Source: an uncultured Gemmatimonadales bacterium (lineage in GTDB: Bacteria > Gemmatimonadota > Gemmatimonadetes > Gemmatimonadales > GWC2-71-9). Taken from it: a stretch of DNA of 64,000 bases. Every line of letters begins with the position of its first letter. The first letter of the stretch is position 1. Location: contig CAWHFW010000005.1 in the NCBI GenBank assembly GCA_963828735.1, positions 864,001-928,000 on the forward strand, read 5' to 3'. A program made the position numbers and the translations under genes. Under the pieces are notes generated by a model. It did no database searches and was not told the DNA's origin. It was given only the letters and a program-made list of their open reading frames with translations. Of this stretch, positions 50,798 to 60,678 are shown piece by piece.

Positions 50798-52255
50798 CTA
50801 CGCGCTGTAGTTCGGTGCTTCCCGCGTGATCGTCACGTCGTGCGGGTGCGACTCGCGCAGGCCCGCGGAGGTGATCTGAACCATCTCGACGTCGCACTGG
50901 AGCTGCTGCACGGAGGAGACGCCACAATAGCCCATGCCGCTACGGAGCCCGCCGACCATCTGATACAGCACGTCGGCCACGGGCCCCTTGTAGGGGACCC
51001 GCCCCTCGATGCCCTCGGGCACGAGCTTGGAAGGCGCCATCTCACCTTCCTGGAAGTAGCGGTCCGCGGACCCGTCCTGCATGGCGGAAAGGCTGCCCAT
51101 GCCACGGATCATCTTGAATCGGCGTCCTTCGGCGAGCACCGACTCACCGGGACTCTCCTCGGTGCCGGCGAGCATCGAGCCCATCATTACGGACGACGCT
51201 CCGGCCGCGAGCGCTTTCACCACATCGCCGGAATACTTGATGCCGCCGTCGGCGATGACGGGCACGTCGTCCGCCCCGCGGAGCGCGTCCATGATCGCGG
51301 TGACCTGCGGGACGCCCACGCCCGTGACGACGCGTGTGGTGCAGATGCTGCCCGGACCGATACCGACCTTCACCGCATCCACGCCCCGGCGAACCATCTC
51401 GCGCGCGCCGGCCTCGGTGGCCACGTTCCCCGCGATCAGCTGGGTATCGGGAAATCCCTCGCGCAGCTGGCTCACGGTGCGCAGGACCCCCTCGCTGTGC
51501 CCGTGTGCGGAGTCGATCACCAGCACGTCCACGCCCGCGTCAACCAGTCGGCGCGCGCGTTCGCTGGCATCCTGGCCACCGCCCACCGCCGCGGCCACCC
51601 GGAGGCGCCCGTGCTGGTCCTTGTTGGCGTTGGGATGCTCGCGCCGCTTGAAGATGTCCTTGACCGTGATGAGGCCCTTGAGGACGCCTTGAGCGTCCAC
51701 CACCGGCAACTTTTCGATCCGGTGTTTCGCCAGGATACGCTCGGCGTCGTCCAGGCTCGTGCCGACCGGCGCCGTAACCAGATTGTTCTTGGTCATGGCC
51801 TCACGGATCGGCTGCTCGAGATTCCGCTCGAACTGGAGATCGCGATTGGTGATGATCCCGATGAGGCGCCCCTGCCCGTCCACGATCGGCACCCCGGAGA
51901 TCTTGAACCGCCGCATCAGCTGATACGCCTCACGGAGCGGCCGGTCGGGTCCGAGCGTGATCGGGTTGAGGATCATGCCGCTCTCGCTCCGCTTCACCCG
52001 GTCCACCTCGGCGGCCTGCCGCTCGACCGTCATGTTCTTGTGGAGCACCCCGATGCCGCCGGCCCGGGCCATCGCGATGGCCATGTCGGCCTCGGTCACG
52101 GTATCCATGGCGGCGGAGACGAGCGGAATGTTGAGCGGGATCGTACGGGTAAGGCGGGTGTTGGTCGCTACTTCGCGCGGATGAACGGCCGAATACCTCG
52201 GCACGAGGAGGACGTCGTCGAAGGTGAGGCCGGGCTTCGGACGGATGACGCTCAT
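50798..52255 (-). CDS. guaB: IMP dehydrogenase
   Basis: [19 protein letters not shown] pair, [27 protein letters not shown]. Confidence 0.98.
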   Translation of the reverse strand: MSVIRPKPGLTFDDVLLVPRYSAVHPREVATNTRLTRTIPLNIPLVSAAMDTVTEADMAIAMARAGGIGVLHKNMTVERQAAEVDRVKRSESGMILNPITLGPDRPLREAYQLMRRFKISGVPIVDGQGRLIGIITNRDLQFERNLEQPIREAMTKNNLVTAPVGTSLDDAERILAKHRIEKLPVVDAQGVLKGLITVKDIFKRREHPNANKDQHGRLRVAAAVGGGQDASERARRLVDAGVDVLVIDSAHGHSEGVLRTVSQLREGFPDTQLIAGNVATEAGAREMVRRGVDAVKVGIGPGSICTTRVVTGVGVPQVTAIMDALRGADDVPVIADGGIKYSGDVVKALAAGASSVMMGSMLAGTEESPGESVLAEGRRFKMIRGMGSLSAMQDGSADRYFQEGEMAPSKLVPEGIEGRVPYKGPVADVLYQMVGGLRSGMGYCGVSSVQQLQCDVEMVQITSAGLRESHPHDVTITREAPNYSA

Positions 52256-52361
52256 GCGCTCGTGGTCACGGGGAGGACGCGAGATGACCGCTTCATACAC
52301 GACGGCCCACCGCTTCCCCGGAGGGCGGTCGGCAGGCCGAGTGAAAGTGGTTCCATCACGA

Positions 52362-52391
52362 AGTCTAGGGGGCGGGTACGGGGGAGCGCAA
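52362..52391 (-). promoter_or_regulatory. Sigma70-type promoter for guaB (TTGCGC-N18-TAGACT)
   Basis: Both hexamers visible on the minus strand upstream of guaB. Confidence 0.55.
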
Positions 52392-52411
52392 GCGGGCGCG
52401 TGGGGCCTGAC

Positions 52412-53887
52412 TCATGCCGCCCCCCGCCGCCAGAGGTAGTAAATGGGAACGCCGAGCGCGACGATGACCACGCCCGGCCAGGTGTAGAGCGGCTTCTCGA
52501 ACAGCAGGATGACCATGAGCCCGGCGTTCGCGACCAGGTAGAGGGCCGGCAGCGCCGGATACCCGAAGGCCTTCACCGGTCGCGGCAGCTCGGGCCGCAG
52601 GCGCCGCAGACGGAACAGCGCGAGGGTCGTGAGGAAATAGAAGACGATGGCGGCGAAGATGACGTAGTCGAGCAACTGCCCGTACGTGCCGCTGACACAC
52701 AGGATGCTCGCCCACACGGCCTGGGCCACGAGCCCGAACACCGGCGTCCGGAACGTGGGATGCAGCACCCCCGCGCGCGCGAAGAACAGGTTGTCGCGCG
52801 CCATCGCGTAGTACACGCGCGGCCCAGAAAGGATGAGGCCGTTGTTGCAGCCGAAGGTCGAGAGCAGGATGGCCACTGCCATGACCGTGGCCGCGCCCGC
52901 GCCCAGCGCGACCTCGACGGCCGCCGTGCCCACCCGATCCTGCACCGCGTACTGGATCCCGCGGGCGAGCACGTCGTGCCCGTTCGGGTCGCCTGCGAAC
53001 GGGAGCATGTTGAGGTAGGCGACATTGGCCAGGATGTAGAGCAGGCTCACCGTCCCCGTTCCGATCGCGAGTGCCCGAGGCAGGTTGCGCGTCGGGTTCT
53101 GCACCTCCGCGGCGGCGAACGTGACGTTGTTCCACGCATCGCTCGAGAAGAGCGAGCCCACCATGGCGGCGCCGATCACCGGGATCACCGCGACGCTCCA
53201 GTCACCGGTGCCCCAGAACGCCGCGAAGTTGGCGGCCGCGATGTCGGGCTGCCGGAACACGGTGAGGCCGAGCAGCACGAGGGCCGCCAGCGCGCCGACC
53301 TTGGCCACGCTGAAGACCGTCTGGATCGCGGCGCCGAGCGTCACGCCGCGGATGTTGGTCGCCGTGAGCACCGCGATCATGACGATCGCCACGATGCGCT
53401 GGGGCGAGAGGCCGAGTTGGATCGCGTCGGTCGCGCCGGGCAGGCGGAGCTGGCCGAGGGGGAGGAACACGTCGGGACTGATGCCAGGCAGCAGCACGCT
53501 CAAGAACTTGGAGAACGCCACGCCCACCGCCGCGATCGTACCGGTCTGGATGACCGCGAACAGCGTCCACCCGTAAAGAAAGCCCGCCAGCGGAGACAGG
53601 CCCTCACGCAGGAACACGTATTGGCCGCCGGCGTTGGGCATCATCGCCGCGAGCTCGGCGTAGACCAGCGCACCGGTGACGGTCATCGCGCCGGTCACGA
53701 CCCAGACGACGAGCAGGGCGCCGGGTCCCCATGCACCCACCTGCCGACCGATGTCCGCCGAGACGATGAAGATCCCCGACCCGATCATCGAGCCGACGAC
53801 CAGGGACACGGCAGCGAGCGGCCCGATGCCGCGGATGAATTCCGTTGGGCCGGACGTGGTCGCCGGTGCCTCGGTCGCCGTGGCCAT
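52412..53887 (-). CDS. APC-family amino acid permease (LAT-like)
   Basis: VGSMIGSGIF, YAELAAMMP.AGG.Y, DAWNN, PRVYYAMARD. Confidence 0.92.
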   Translation of the reverse strand: MATATEAPATTSGPTEFIRGIGPLAAVSLVVGSMIGSGIFIVSADIGRQVGAWGPGALLVVWVVTGAMTVTGALVYAELAAMMPNAGGQYVFLREGLSPLAGFLYGWTLFAVIQTGTIAAVGVAFSKFLSVLLPGISPDVFLPLGQLRLPGATDAIQLGLSPQRIVAIVMIAVLTATNIRGVTLGAAIQTVFSVAKVGALAALVLLGLTVFRQPDIAAANFAAFWGTGDWSVAVIPVIGAAMVGSLFSSDAWNNVTFAAAEVQNPTRNLPRALAIGTGTVSLLYILANVAYLNMLPFAGDPNGHDVLARGIQYAVQDRVGTAAVEVALGAGAATVMAVAILLSTFGCNNGLILSGPRVYYAMARDNLFFARAGVLHPTFRTPVFGLVAQAVWASILCVSGTYGQLLDYVIFAAIVFYFLTTLALFRLRRLRPELPRPVKAFGYPALPALYLVANAGLMVILLFEKPLYTWPGVVIVALGVPIYYLWRRGAA

Positions 53888-53973
53888 GGGCAGCTCGGGA
53901 AAGGAAGTGGTGGGGCGCCAGGCGGGGAGCCTTGGCCCTGCGTGTGATTCGAATGCCCTGCGGGCCTGCAGGA

Positions 53974-54336
53974 TCAGCTTCCGGTGTTGGACTCCGGCGG
54001 CGGCGGCGACGGCGACTCGAGCGCGGGCTTGGAGGCCGACTCGGCGGCCTTGACGGCCTCGTCCACCACCGCCTGGCCGGCGGCCGCCAGCCCCTTCATG
54101 ATCTTGGCCGCGCTATCCATGACGCCCATGGTCCCGCTGATCGCCTGGATCGGAAGCTTGCCGGCGCGCATCGTATCCTCGACGGTTTCCGTGATCTTCG
54201 CGAGGATGCCGGCCGGTCGCGCGCGCTCCGCGTACTTGCTGTCCAGGAACTCGATGTAGTCGAGGATCTGGTAGCCGCGCTCGTCGTCCAGCGCGTCGAG
54301 GAGCCGGCCGATCCGCTGCTTGAGAAGATCGTTCAT
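53974..54336 (-). CDS. Hypothetical protein (N-terminus resembles DUF2281)
   Basis: AGGA RBS; helical QILDYIEFL motif; coding-like codon bias. Confidence 0.65.
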   Translation of the reverse strand: MNDLLKQRIGRLLDALDDERGYQILDYIEFLDSKYAERARPAGILAKITETVEDTMRAGKLPIQAISGTMGVMDSAAKIMKGLAAAGQAVVDEAVKAAESASKPALESPSPPPPESNTGS

Positions 54337-54343
54337 CAGAATC

Positions 54344-55435
54344 CTAGTTTCCGTCCATGCCGGAGACCACCGACACCAGCTCCGCGACCGGCGTCGTGAG
54401 AAACTTGGTGCGAGCCGCCCGAATGTTGACGCGGAGCACCAGCTCCTGGAGCGGTGGGAGCGACTCGAACTCCGCTCTTCGCGACGCGGGAATGGTCACG
54501 TAGACGAACCCGGGCTCGGGCAGGGGTCCGCGGGTCAGAAGATACGGCTGGCCGGGCGGCATCTCGCTCCGAAGCTCGTCCGCTTCCTTGATCGCGATCA
54601 CCTGGACGCGCCACTCGACCGTCTGGCCGACGAAGCGGCCCGGGTCGGCGTGGACTTCTTCGGCCGTAACGCCGACCATCGCCCCGCTGTCGCTCGGCGC
54701 GATCGCGTCCGCCGGGATCCATCCCTCCACCTGAACCTTCACCAGGTCGCCAGAGCGGGCGAGGACCCTGGCCGGAGTACCGCCCTGCAGGGTCCCAAGC
54801 GTGCCGCCCTCGACGGCCGCCGCCAACGGCGTCTCACGCGCGGTCTGAATCCGCTCACCGCCTCCGTCCACGGCGGGCGGAGCAGCCGGGGAAGCGGGCG
54901 CCGCGGGTCCGCGCGGCTTCGGCGACGTCGGCTGCTGTACGACCGCGGGCGCCGGGGCCAGAGCGGTCTTCTCCGGCGCTGCCTTGGCGGGTGACGTCGC
55001 GATCGCCTTCCTCGGAATCCACCCCTTCCGGCGGACCTGAGTCCAGCCGCCCTTCTGGCCCACCCGCTCGAGCAGCGTCCCCTCGCGCACCCGACCCACG
55101 ACCGGCCCGTTCGGGCTGCTCCGGAGGTTCTCGCCTTCGTCCGGCGTGACGACCAGGTCGAACCCATCGCGCCGGGTGCGTTCCGTGGACTCGGTGAAGA
55201 TCCACCCCTCCACCACCGCCGGGTGCCACCCGCCGCGTGCCCGGCCGGCCTCCACCGGAGCCCCCGCCGGGAGCGAGACCAGCGGTACCCCTTCGGGGTC
55301 CTTGTACAGGTCGGCGGGCGCCGCGAGGGCCGTCTCCTCCTGGGCCGCGGCGGCAGCCGCGAGCACGAGGACGGCGACGAGCACGCAGGCTGGAAGGCGA
55401 AGCAGGCCGGGACTAGATTGCGGCGCGTAACTCAC
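54344..55435 (-). CDS. Exported protein with bacterial SH3-like repeats
   Basis: Signal peptide; ENLRSSPNG..GWTQV...GWI and two further EGWI repeats; Pro/Ala linker. Confidence 0.7.
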   Translation of the reverse strand: MSYAPQSSPGLLRLPACVLVAVLVLAAAAAAQEETALAAPADLYKDPEGVPLVSLPAGAPVEAGRARGGWHPAVVEGWIFTESTERTRRDGFDLVVTPDEGENLRSSPNGPVVGRVREGTLLERVGQKGGWTQVRRKGWIPRKAIATSPAKAAPEKTALAPAPAVVQQPTSPKPRGPAAPASPAAPPAVDGGGERIQTARETPLAAAVEGGTLGTLQGGTPARVLARSGDLVKVQVEGWIPADAIAPSDSGAMVGVTAEEVHADPGRFVGQTVEWRVQVIAIKEADELRSEMPPGQPYLLTRGPLPEPGFVYVTIPASRRAEFESLPPLQELVLRVNIRAARTKFLTTPVAELVSVVSGMDGN

Positions 55436-55465
55436 AGTCCGGCATTGTAGAACACGCGGAGACTC

Positions 55466-57016
55466 ATGTCAAACGGCAGCGCCCCGCACCGGGTCGTCCT
55501 GGTCGTGCTGGACGGCTGGGGGTACCGGCAGGAGCGCGAGGGAAACGCGATCGAGCTGGCCTCGACTCCGGTCTGGCACCGGCTCTGGGAGAGCTACCCG
55601 AGGACGCTGCTGGACGCGAGCGGGCTGGCTGTCGGCCTGCCAGAGGGGCAGATGGGCAACAGCGAGGTCGGGCACCTCAACCTTGGCGCCGGCCGGGTCG
55701 TGCCCCAGGACCTGGTGCGGATCTCCCAGAGCATCCAGAGCGGCGAGTTCTACCAGCTGCCGCCGCTCGTCGAGCTGTGCACGTCGCTCCGGCAGACGGG
55801 CGGCACCCTCCACCTGGTCGGCCTGCTCGGTCCCGGCGGCGTCCACGCGCTCGACCGCCACCTGCTGGCCTGCGTCGAGCTGGGGATCCGGCAGCGGGTG
55901 CCCGCGATCGCCATCCATGGATTCCTCGACGGCCGGGACTCCGCGCCCACGCTCGGCGCCGAGGTCGTACGCACGCTGCTGCTCGACATGCGGCGGATCG
56001 CCGGGCAGCGCGTGGACATCGCCTCGCTGACCGGCCGCTACTTCGGGATGGATCGGGATCGGCGGTGGGACCGGACCCGGCTGGCGTACGATGCCATGGC
56101 GCACGGCATCGGGACGCCGGTCGAGCATCCGGTGCTCGCGGTCCAGGCGGCCTACCAGCGAGGCGAAACGGACGAGTTCATTCGGCCGCTGGTGCATCAC
56201 CGGAACGGGGTGCCGGTCGCCACCATGCGCGAGGGTGACGGCGTCCTGTTCTTCAACTACCGCAGCGACCGCATGCGCCAGATCGTGGGCGCGCTCGCGG
56301 TGAACGACTTCGACGCGTTCGACCGAGGGGATCGGCCGGCGCTCTCCTGCGTCACGATGACGCAGTACGATCAGACGTTTCCGCTGCCGCAGGCGTTTCC
56401 CCCGTTCAGCCTCGCGCGGATTCTGGCCGAGGTGCTGGCCGACCACGGCCGGAGCCAGTTCCGCACCGCGGAGACCGAGAAGTACCCGCACGTCACGTAC
56501 TTCTTCAACGGCGGCTACGAGCCGCCGTACCCGGGGGAAGAGCGCTGTCTCATCCCGTCGCAGCGCGTAGCGACGTACGACCTGGCCCCGGAGATGAGCG
56601 CGGCCGGCATCACCGACGCGCTCTGCCGCACCATCGAAGGCGGCCACCACGATTTCATCCTGTGCAACTACGCGAACGCCGACATGGTGGGGCACACCGG
56701 CGTGCTGCCGGCGGTCGTGAAGGCGGTGGAAACGGTGGACCGGTGCCTCGAGCGGGTGCTCGTGAGTGCGGAGCGGGCCGATACCAGCGTCCTCATCACG
56801 GCCGATCACGGCAACTGCGAGATGATGGTCGACCCCGTGACCGGCGGGGTGCATACGGCGCATACGACGAATCCGGTGCCCCTGGTGGCGGTGCGCGCGG
56901 GGGCCGACACACTCCGGCGCGGCGGCTCGCTCCGGGACGTCGCGCCGACCGTGCTGAGCCTGATCGGGATCGCGCGCCCGTCGGAGATGACGGGGCGGGA
57001 CCTGCGGGACTGCTGA
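55466..57016 (+). CDS. gpmI: 2,3-bisphosphoglycerate-independent phosphoglycerate mutase
   Basis: LDGWG, QMGNSEVGH, DGRD, ETEKYPHVT, DMVGH, TADHGN, HTTN. Confidence 0.97.
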   Translation: MSNGSAPHRVVLVVLDGWGYRQEREGNAIELASTPVWHRLWESYPRTLLDASGLAVGLPEGQMGNSEVGHLNLGAGRVVPQDLVRISQSIQSGEFYQLPPLVELCTSLRQTGGTLHLVGLLGPGGVHALDRHLLACVELGIRQRVPAIAIHGFLDGRDSAPTLGAEVVRTLLLDMRRIAGQRVDIASLTGRYFGMDRDRRWDRTRLAYDAMAHGIGTPVEHPVLAVQAAYQRGETDEFIRPLVHHRNGVPVATMREGDGVLFFNYRSDRMRQIVGALAVNDFDAFDRGDRPALSCVTMTQYDQTFPLPQAFPPFSLARILAEVLADHGRSQFRTAETEKYPHVTYFFNGGYEPPYPGEERCLIPSQRVATYDLAPEMSAAGITDALCRTIEGGHHDFILCNYANADMVGHTGVLPAVVKAVETVDRCLERVLVSAERADTSVLITADHGNCEMMVDPVTGGVHTAHTTNPVPLVAVRAGADTLRRGGSLRDVAPTVLSLIGIARPSEMTGRDLRDC

Positions 57017-57047
57017 CGTGACCGGAAACCCTGGCGAGAGGACGCGG

Positions 57048-57794
57048 ATGGTGAAGCGCACGGCGGAACGTGGCGTGGGACGGAAGACAATCCAGCTGGC
57101 GGCGGCCGTCGTGCTCGTCCTGGCGCCGGCTCGAGGCGCGGCCCAGGTGGGGCACCCGCCGAGCTCGTCTCCGTACCGCGACATCCGCAAGGGCCACCAG
57201 ATCACGCTGACCTACGGGCATTTCGGCGGGGACGGCGGTGACCTCGGCGTCGGCCCGCATGACGGCCCCGCCTACGGCTTCCGCTACGATCTGCGCACCG
57301 GCTCCACGATCCAGTTCGGGCTCGGCCTGGCGTACGCGGAGCTGCAGCGCCTCATCGTGGACCCGTTCGTCGAGGTGGCAAACCGGGTGTCGGGGCCGGT
57401 GGACCAGAACGTCACGATGGCCGACGTGAACATTCAGTTCAACATGACGGGAGGCAAGTCGTGGCACCGGCTCGCGCCTTTCCTGGGTGCGGGCGTCGGC
57501 GTCACGTTTCCGAGTTCCACGCCCCAGGATACGAGCCGGTTCGAGTTCGGCCACAAGATCTACCTGGCGCCGTTCGTCGGCGTGCGCGTGTTCGTGAGCG
57601 ACCGGCTGTCGCTCCGCGGCGAAGCCCGGACGGTTTTCTGGAAGCTCAAGTATCCCACGACTTTCGCGGATGAACCGGTGCTCGATCCGGGTCTGCCTCC
57701 GAACTCGCACGCCGTGATCCCCAACGGCAACCTGGACGAGTGGGACTCGAGCTCCTGGCTGCTCGTGGGCCTCGCCTATTCCTTCTCGCCTTGA
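57048..57794 (+). CDS. Outer-membrane beta-barrel protein
   Basis: Signal peptide ending GAAQ; APFLGAGVG; terminal strand VGLAYSF; start could be 57018. Confidence 0.7.
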   Translation: MVKRTAERGVGRKTIQLAAAVVLVLAPARGAAQVGHPPSSSPYRDIRKGHQITLTYGHFGGDGGDLGVGPHDGPAYGFRYDLRTGSTIQFGLGLAYAELQRLIVDPFVEVANRVSGPVDQNVTMADVNIQFNMTGGKSWHRLAPFLGAGVGVTFPSSTPQDTSRFEFGHKIYLAPFVGVRVFVSDRLSLRGEARTVFWKLKYPTTFADEPVLDPGLPPNSHAVIPNGNLDEWDSSSWLLVGLAYSFSP

Positions 57795-58219
57795 CGACCC
57801 ACGCGTCGCTGTCCCGGATCGTCGGATTCCGCGCGCTCCACCGCTTCTATCGGCCGGAATGGAGCGAGGCCCGGAACCGGGAAGCGTTCGGACCCTTGTC
57901 CGACCCGCCCGGTCATGCGCACGACTACCAATGCCTCGTCACCGTGTCCGGTCCGCTGGCGCCGCTCCACGGGATGGTGATGGACCTGGTGGCGCTCGAC
58001 CGCATCCTGCACGAGGAGGTGGTCGCGCGCTTCGACGGCCGCCACCTCAACCTCGACATTCCCGAGTTCGCGTACGGGCGGCTCCTGCCGACGTGCGAGG
58101 CCATCGCAGCCCATGTCTACCCGCGGGTGGCTGGCCGCCTGCCCGCAGGGGTCCTGCTCGACCGGGTCCGCATCGCCGAAGACCCGAGCCTCTATGCCGA
58201 GTGCATCCGGCTGCCCTGA
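57791..58219 (+). CDS. 6-pyruvoyl/6-carboxy-tetrahydropterin synthase family (QueD/PTPS-like)
   Basis: F.A.HR, N...FG, HAHDY, GMVMDL, HLNLD, PTCE; TTG start overlaps the upstream stop. Confidence 0.82.
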   Translation: MTTHASLSRIVGFRALHRFYRPEWSEARNREAFGPLSDPPGHAHDYQCLVTVSGPLAPLHGMVMDLVALDRILHEEVVARFDGRHLNLDIPEFAYGRLLPTCEAIAAHVYPRVAGRLPAGVLLDRVRIAEDPSLYAECIRLP

Positions 58220-58338
58220 CCGGCCCCAATCCGCCTCGGCCTGTGTGGGCCCCCGGCGGCCGCGCCGTCTCCACGTTTCAAGCGGCGCCGGACGCGGAGT
58301 GAGTCGCATGCGCGCGCGCCGCCTCACCCCGGCCGTCG

Positions 58339-58752
58339 ATGCCGCCTGACCGGTCACGGGTGGCCGAGATCCTTCGCTCGGCCCGACGCATCGCGGTGGT
58401 GGGGTTGAGTCCCAAGCCCGAGCGGCCCAGTCACGGCGTCGCCAGCTATCTCCAGCGGGCAGGCTACACGATCATTCCGGTCCGACCGACCGGCCGCGAG
58501 ATTCTGGGCGAGCCGGTGCAGCCCAACCTGCGCGCCGCCGCCGCCACGGGTCCGATCGACGTCGTCGACATCTTCCGGCGGTCGGAGTTCGTTGCGGGGC
58601 TCGCGGACGATCTCCTGGCGGTGCGCCCGCGGCTCGTCTGGATGCAGGTCGGCGTCCGCGACGACGCCACCGCACGCCGCCTCGAGGCGGCAGGGATTCC
58701 CGTCGTGATGGACCGGTGCCTGGCCGTGGATCACCATTCGCTGGGGGGCTGA
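58339..58752 (+). CDS. CoA-binding protein (YccU-like)
   Basis: IAVVGLS..PERPS, IDVVDIFR, VWMQ.G, VVMDRC. Confidence 0.9.
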   Translation: MPPDRSRVAEILRSARRIAVVGLSPKPERPSHGVASYLQRAGYTIIPVRPTGREILGEPVQPNLRAAAATGPIDVVDIFRRSEFVAGLADDLLAVRPRLVWMQVGVRDDATARRLEAAGIPVVMDRCLAVDHHSLGG

Positions 58753-58757
58753 ATCGG

Positions 58758-59552
58758 ATGAGAGAGTCCGTCGCCGTCGCCGTCGCGATTCTCGCGGCGT
58801 CCGGAACACCGCTCGCGGCGCAGGCGACGCGCGACCAGCCGACGCTGATCTTCACCGTCTCCGCTTCGTTCCTCGACGGCATCAGTCTCTGGACGGTGGC
58901 GGACCAGCCCGTGGCCGACAACAGCATCACCACCCTCACCGACCAGTTCTTCCTCAAACGGAACGTCAAGAAGACGTTCGGCGCCGGCTTTTCCGGAACG
59001 TACTACAAGGGCGCACACCTCGGCCTCACCGGCGAGGTGTTCCTGCTCGGACTGGGCTACGACGACGAGTGCGTGATCGCCGAGCCCGCGCAATCCGAGC
59101 TGAACGTGGAGCGGTGCAACTCGATCAACGACCGCGAGCGCTCGGCGGCGTCCGTCACCACGTCGGCCGGCGTGGTGTACCGGGTCGGCGCGGACGAGTT
59201 CATCTCGCCATTCCTCCGCGCCACCCTCGGGGTCCTGATCAACAACCAGAGCCCGTTGCTCGTGGTGGGTGAGGCCAACAACGGCGCCGAGCTCATCATC
59301 TACAACGACGAGCAAAACGGCACCCGCATCCGCCCCGCGTTGACCCTCGGCGTGGGCACAACGATCGCCGCCGGGCGTGGCTACCAGATCCGCTGGGAGA
59401 TCCGTGACAACATCGCCGGGATCCAGCAGGTCACCGGCCCGTCGCCAACACGCGGCGCGGTGCCCCCGCACGAGACCGCGTACCGGCACATCTTCAGCCT
59501 GAGCGTCGGGCTCGACGTGATTCTCGAGAAGCGGCGCGGGAGACGCTACTGA
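58758..59552 (+). CDS. Outer-membrane beta-barrel-like exported protein
   Basis: Signal peptide PLAAQ; ISPFLRATLG; alternating strands. Confidence 0.6.
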   Translation: MRESVAVAVAILAASGTPLAAQATRDQPTLIFTVSASFLDGISLWTVADQPVADNSITTLTDQFFLKRNVKKTFGAGFSGTYYKGAHLGLTGEVFLLGLGYDDECVIAEPAQSELNVERCNSINDRERSAASVTTSAGVVYRVGADEFISPFLRATLGVLINNQSPLLVVGEANNGAELIIYNDEQNGTRIRPALTLGVGTTIAAGRGYQIRWEIRDNIAGIQQVTGPSPTRGAVPPHETAYRHIFSLSVGLDVILEKRRGRRY

Positions 59553-60172
59553 GCGACTCGCCGGCCCGCGGAGCGGTGCTCGCGGGTGGCGGCGCCACCC
59601 GGTTCGGGGGCCGCCCGAAGGGGCTCGAGCGGGTGGGTGGCGAGCGAATCCTCGACCGCCTGGTCCGCACGCTCACCGACGCGCTCGGAGCCCCGCCGAT
59701 CCTGGTGGCCAACGCCCCGGACGCCGCCGCGTGGCGCCCGGATCTCCGGGTCGTCGCCGACGTGCGGCCCGGTCACGGCTCGCTCGGCGGGATTTACACC
59801 GCTGTGATCGAGGCGCCCGCCCCGGTCGTCTGCGTCGCGTGGGACATGCCCTTCGTCTCGGCGCCGCTGGTGCGGGCGCTCGCGGCCGGGCTCCCGGGTC
59901 ACGATGCGATGCTCCCGTGGAGCGAGGGTCGCCGCGGGGTCGAGCCGATGTGCGGCGCGTATGGCCCCGGCTGCCGGGACGCGATCGCCGCCAGCCTCGA
60001 CGCCGGCGAGCTTCGTGCCGTCGGCTTCCACCCGCGCATCTCTCTCGGTATCCTCCCTCTGTCCGATGTCCGGCGCTACGGCGATCCGGAGCTCCTCTTC
60101 TTCAACGTCAACACGGCGGACGACCTCGCGCGCGCGGACGGCCTGTGGCGTCAACACGGATCCTCTCCATAG
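59549..60172 (+). CDS. mobA: Molybdenum cofactor guanylyltransferase
   Basis: GAVLAGGGATRFGG..K, GSLGGI, AWDMPF, FNVNT; CTG 59549 needed for the first beta strand. Confidence 0.9.
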   Translation: MSDSPARGAVLAGGGATRFGGRPKGLERVGGERILDRLVRTLTDALGAPPILVANAPDAAAWRPDLRVVADVRPGHGSLGGIYTAVIEAPAPVVCVAWDMPFVSAPLVRALAAGLPGHDAMLPWSEGRRGVEPMCGAYGPGCRDAIAASLDAGELRAVGFHPRISLGILPLSDVRRYGDPELLFFNVNTADDLARADGLWRQHGSSP

Positions 60173-60678
60173 TCGGTCGCAAGGGCGCCGGAAAGACGAC
60201 GCTCACCGTCGCGCTGGCCAGTGAGCTCGCGCGCCGCGGCCGGCGCGTGATGACGATGAAGCACACCCATCACACCGCCGACGTGGACCGCCCCGGCACG
60301 GACAGCTGGCGGCACTTTCAGGAGGGCCGTGCCGAGCGTGTGCTGCTCGCGACGCCCGGCATGCGCGTGCTGTTCGAGCGGGGCGAGGACGAGTACGACC
60401 CGATTGCCCTGGCGCGACGCTATCTCTCCGACGCCGACGTCGTCCTGGCAGAGGGCTTCAAGGACGCGCCGATCCCGAAGATCGAGGTGTTCCGCTCGTC
60501 GGTGGCCTCGTCGCCGATCTACGACGCCGGCTCCGCGGAGGCCGCCTTGTGGGCCGCTCTCGTGACCGACGACCTCGACTTCGAGGCGCCCACGAGGGTG
60601 ATCCACTTCCAGGACACGATGTGGCTCCAGCTCCTGGCCACCATCACGCTGGAGCACGCACGGGCGATCGACCCGTGA
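60145..60678 (+). CDS. mobB: Molybdopterin-guanine dinucleotide biosynthesis protein B
   Basis: GRKGAGKTT, KHTHH, D.PGTDS, EGFK, PKIEV. Confidence 0.92.
   Translation: MASTRILSIVGRKGAGKTTLTVALASELARRGRRVMTMKHTHHTADVDRPGTDSWRHFQEGRAERVLLATPGMRVLFERGEDEYDPIALARRYLSDADVVLAEGFKDAPIPKIEVFRSSVASSPIYDAGSAEAALWAALVTDDLDFEAPTRVIHFQDTMWLQLLATITLEHARAIDP

Noticed and set aside
52303..52339. ZTP (pfl) riboswitch in the guaB leader
   Set aside because: GCCGACCGCC and CCGGGGAAGC look similar but are in the wrong order and the 5' GACUGGCG element is missing
49658..53947. 1429-aa plus-strand ORF (and similar long ORFs such as 70..2469 minus)
   Set aside because: Antisense shadows of clear genes in high-GC DNA; no recognisable motifs
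58220..58338. Moco riboswitch or other RNA upstream of the mob genes
   Set aside because: No recognisable conserved riboswitch elements by eye
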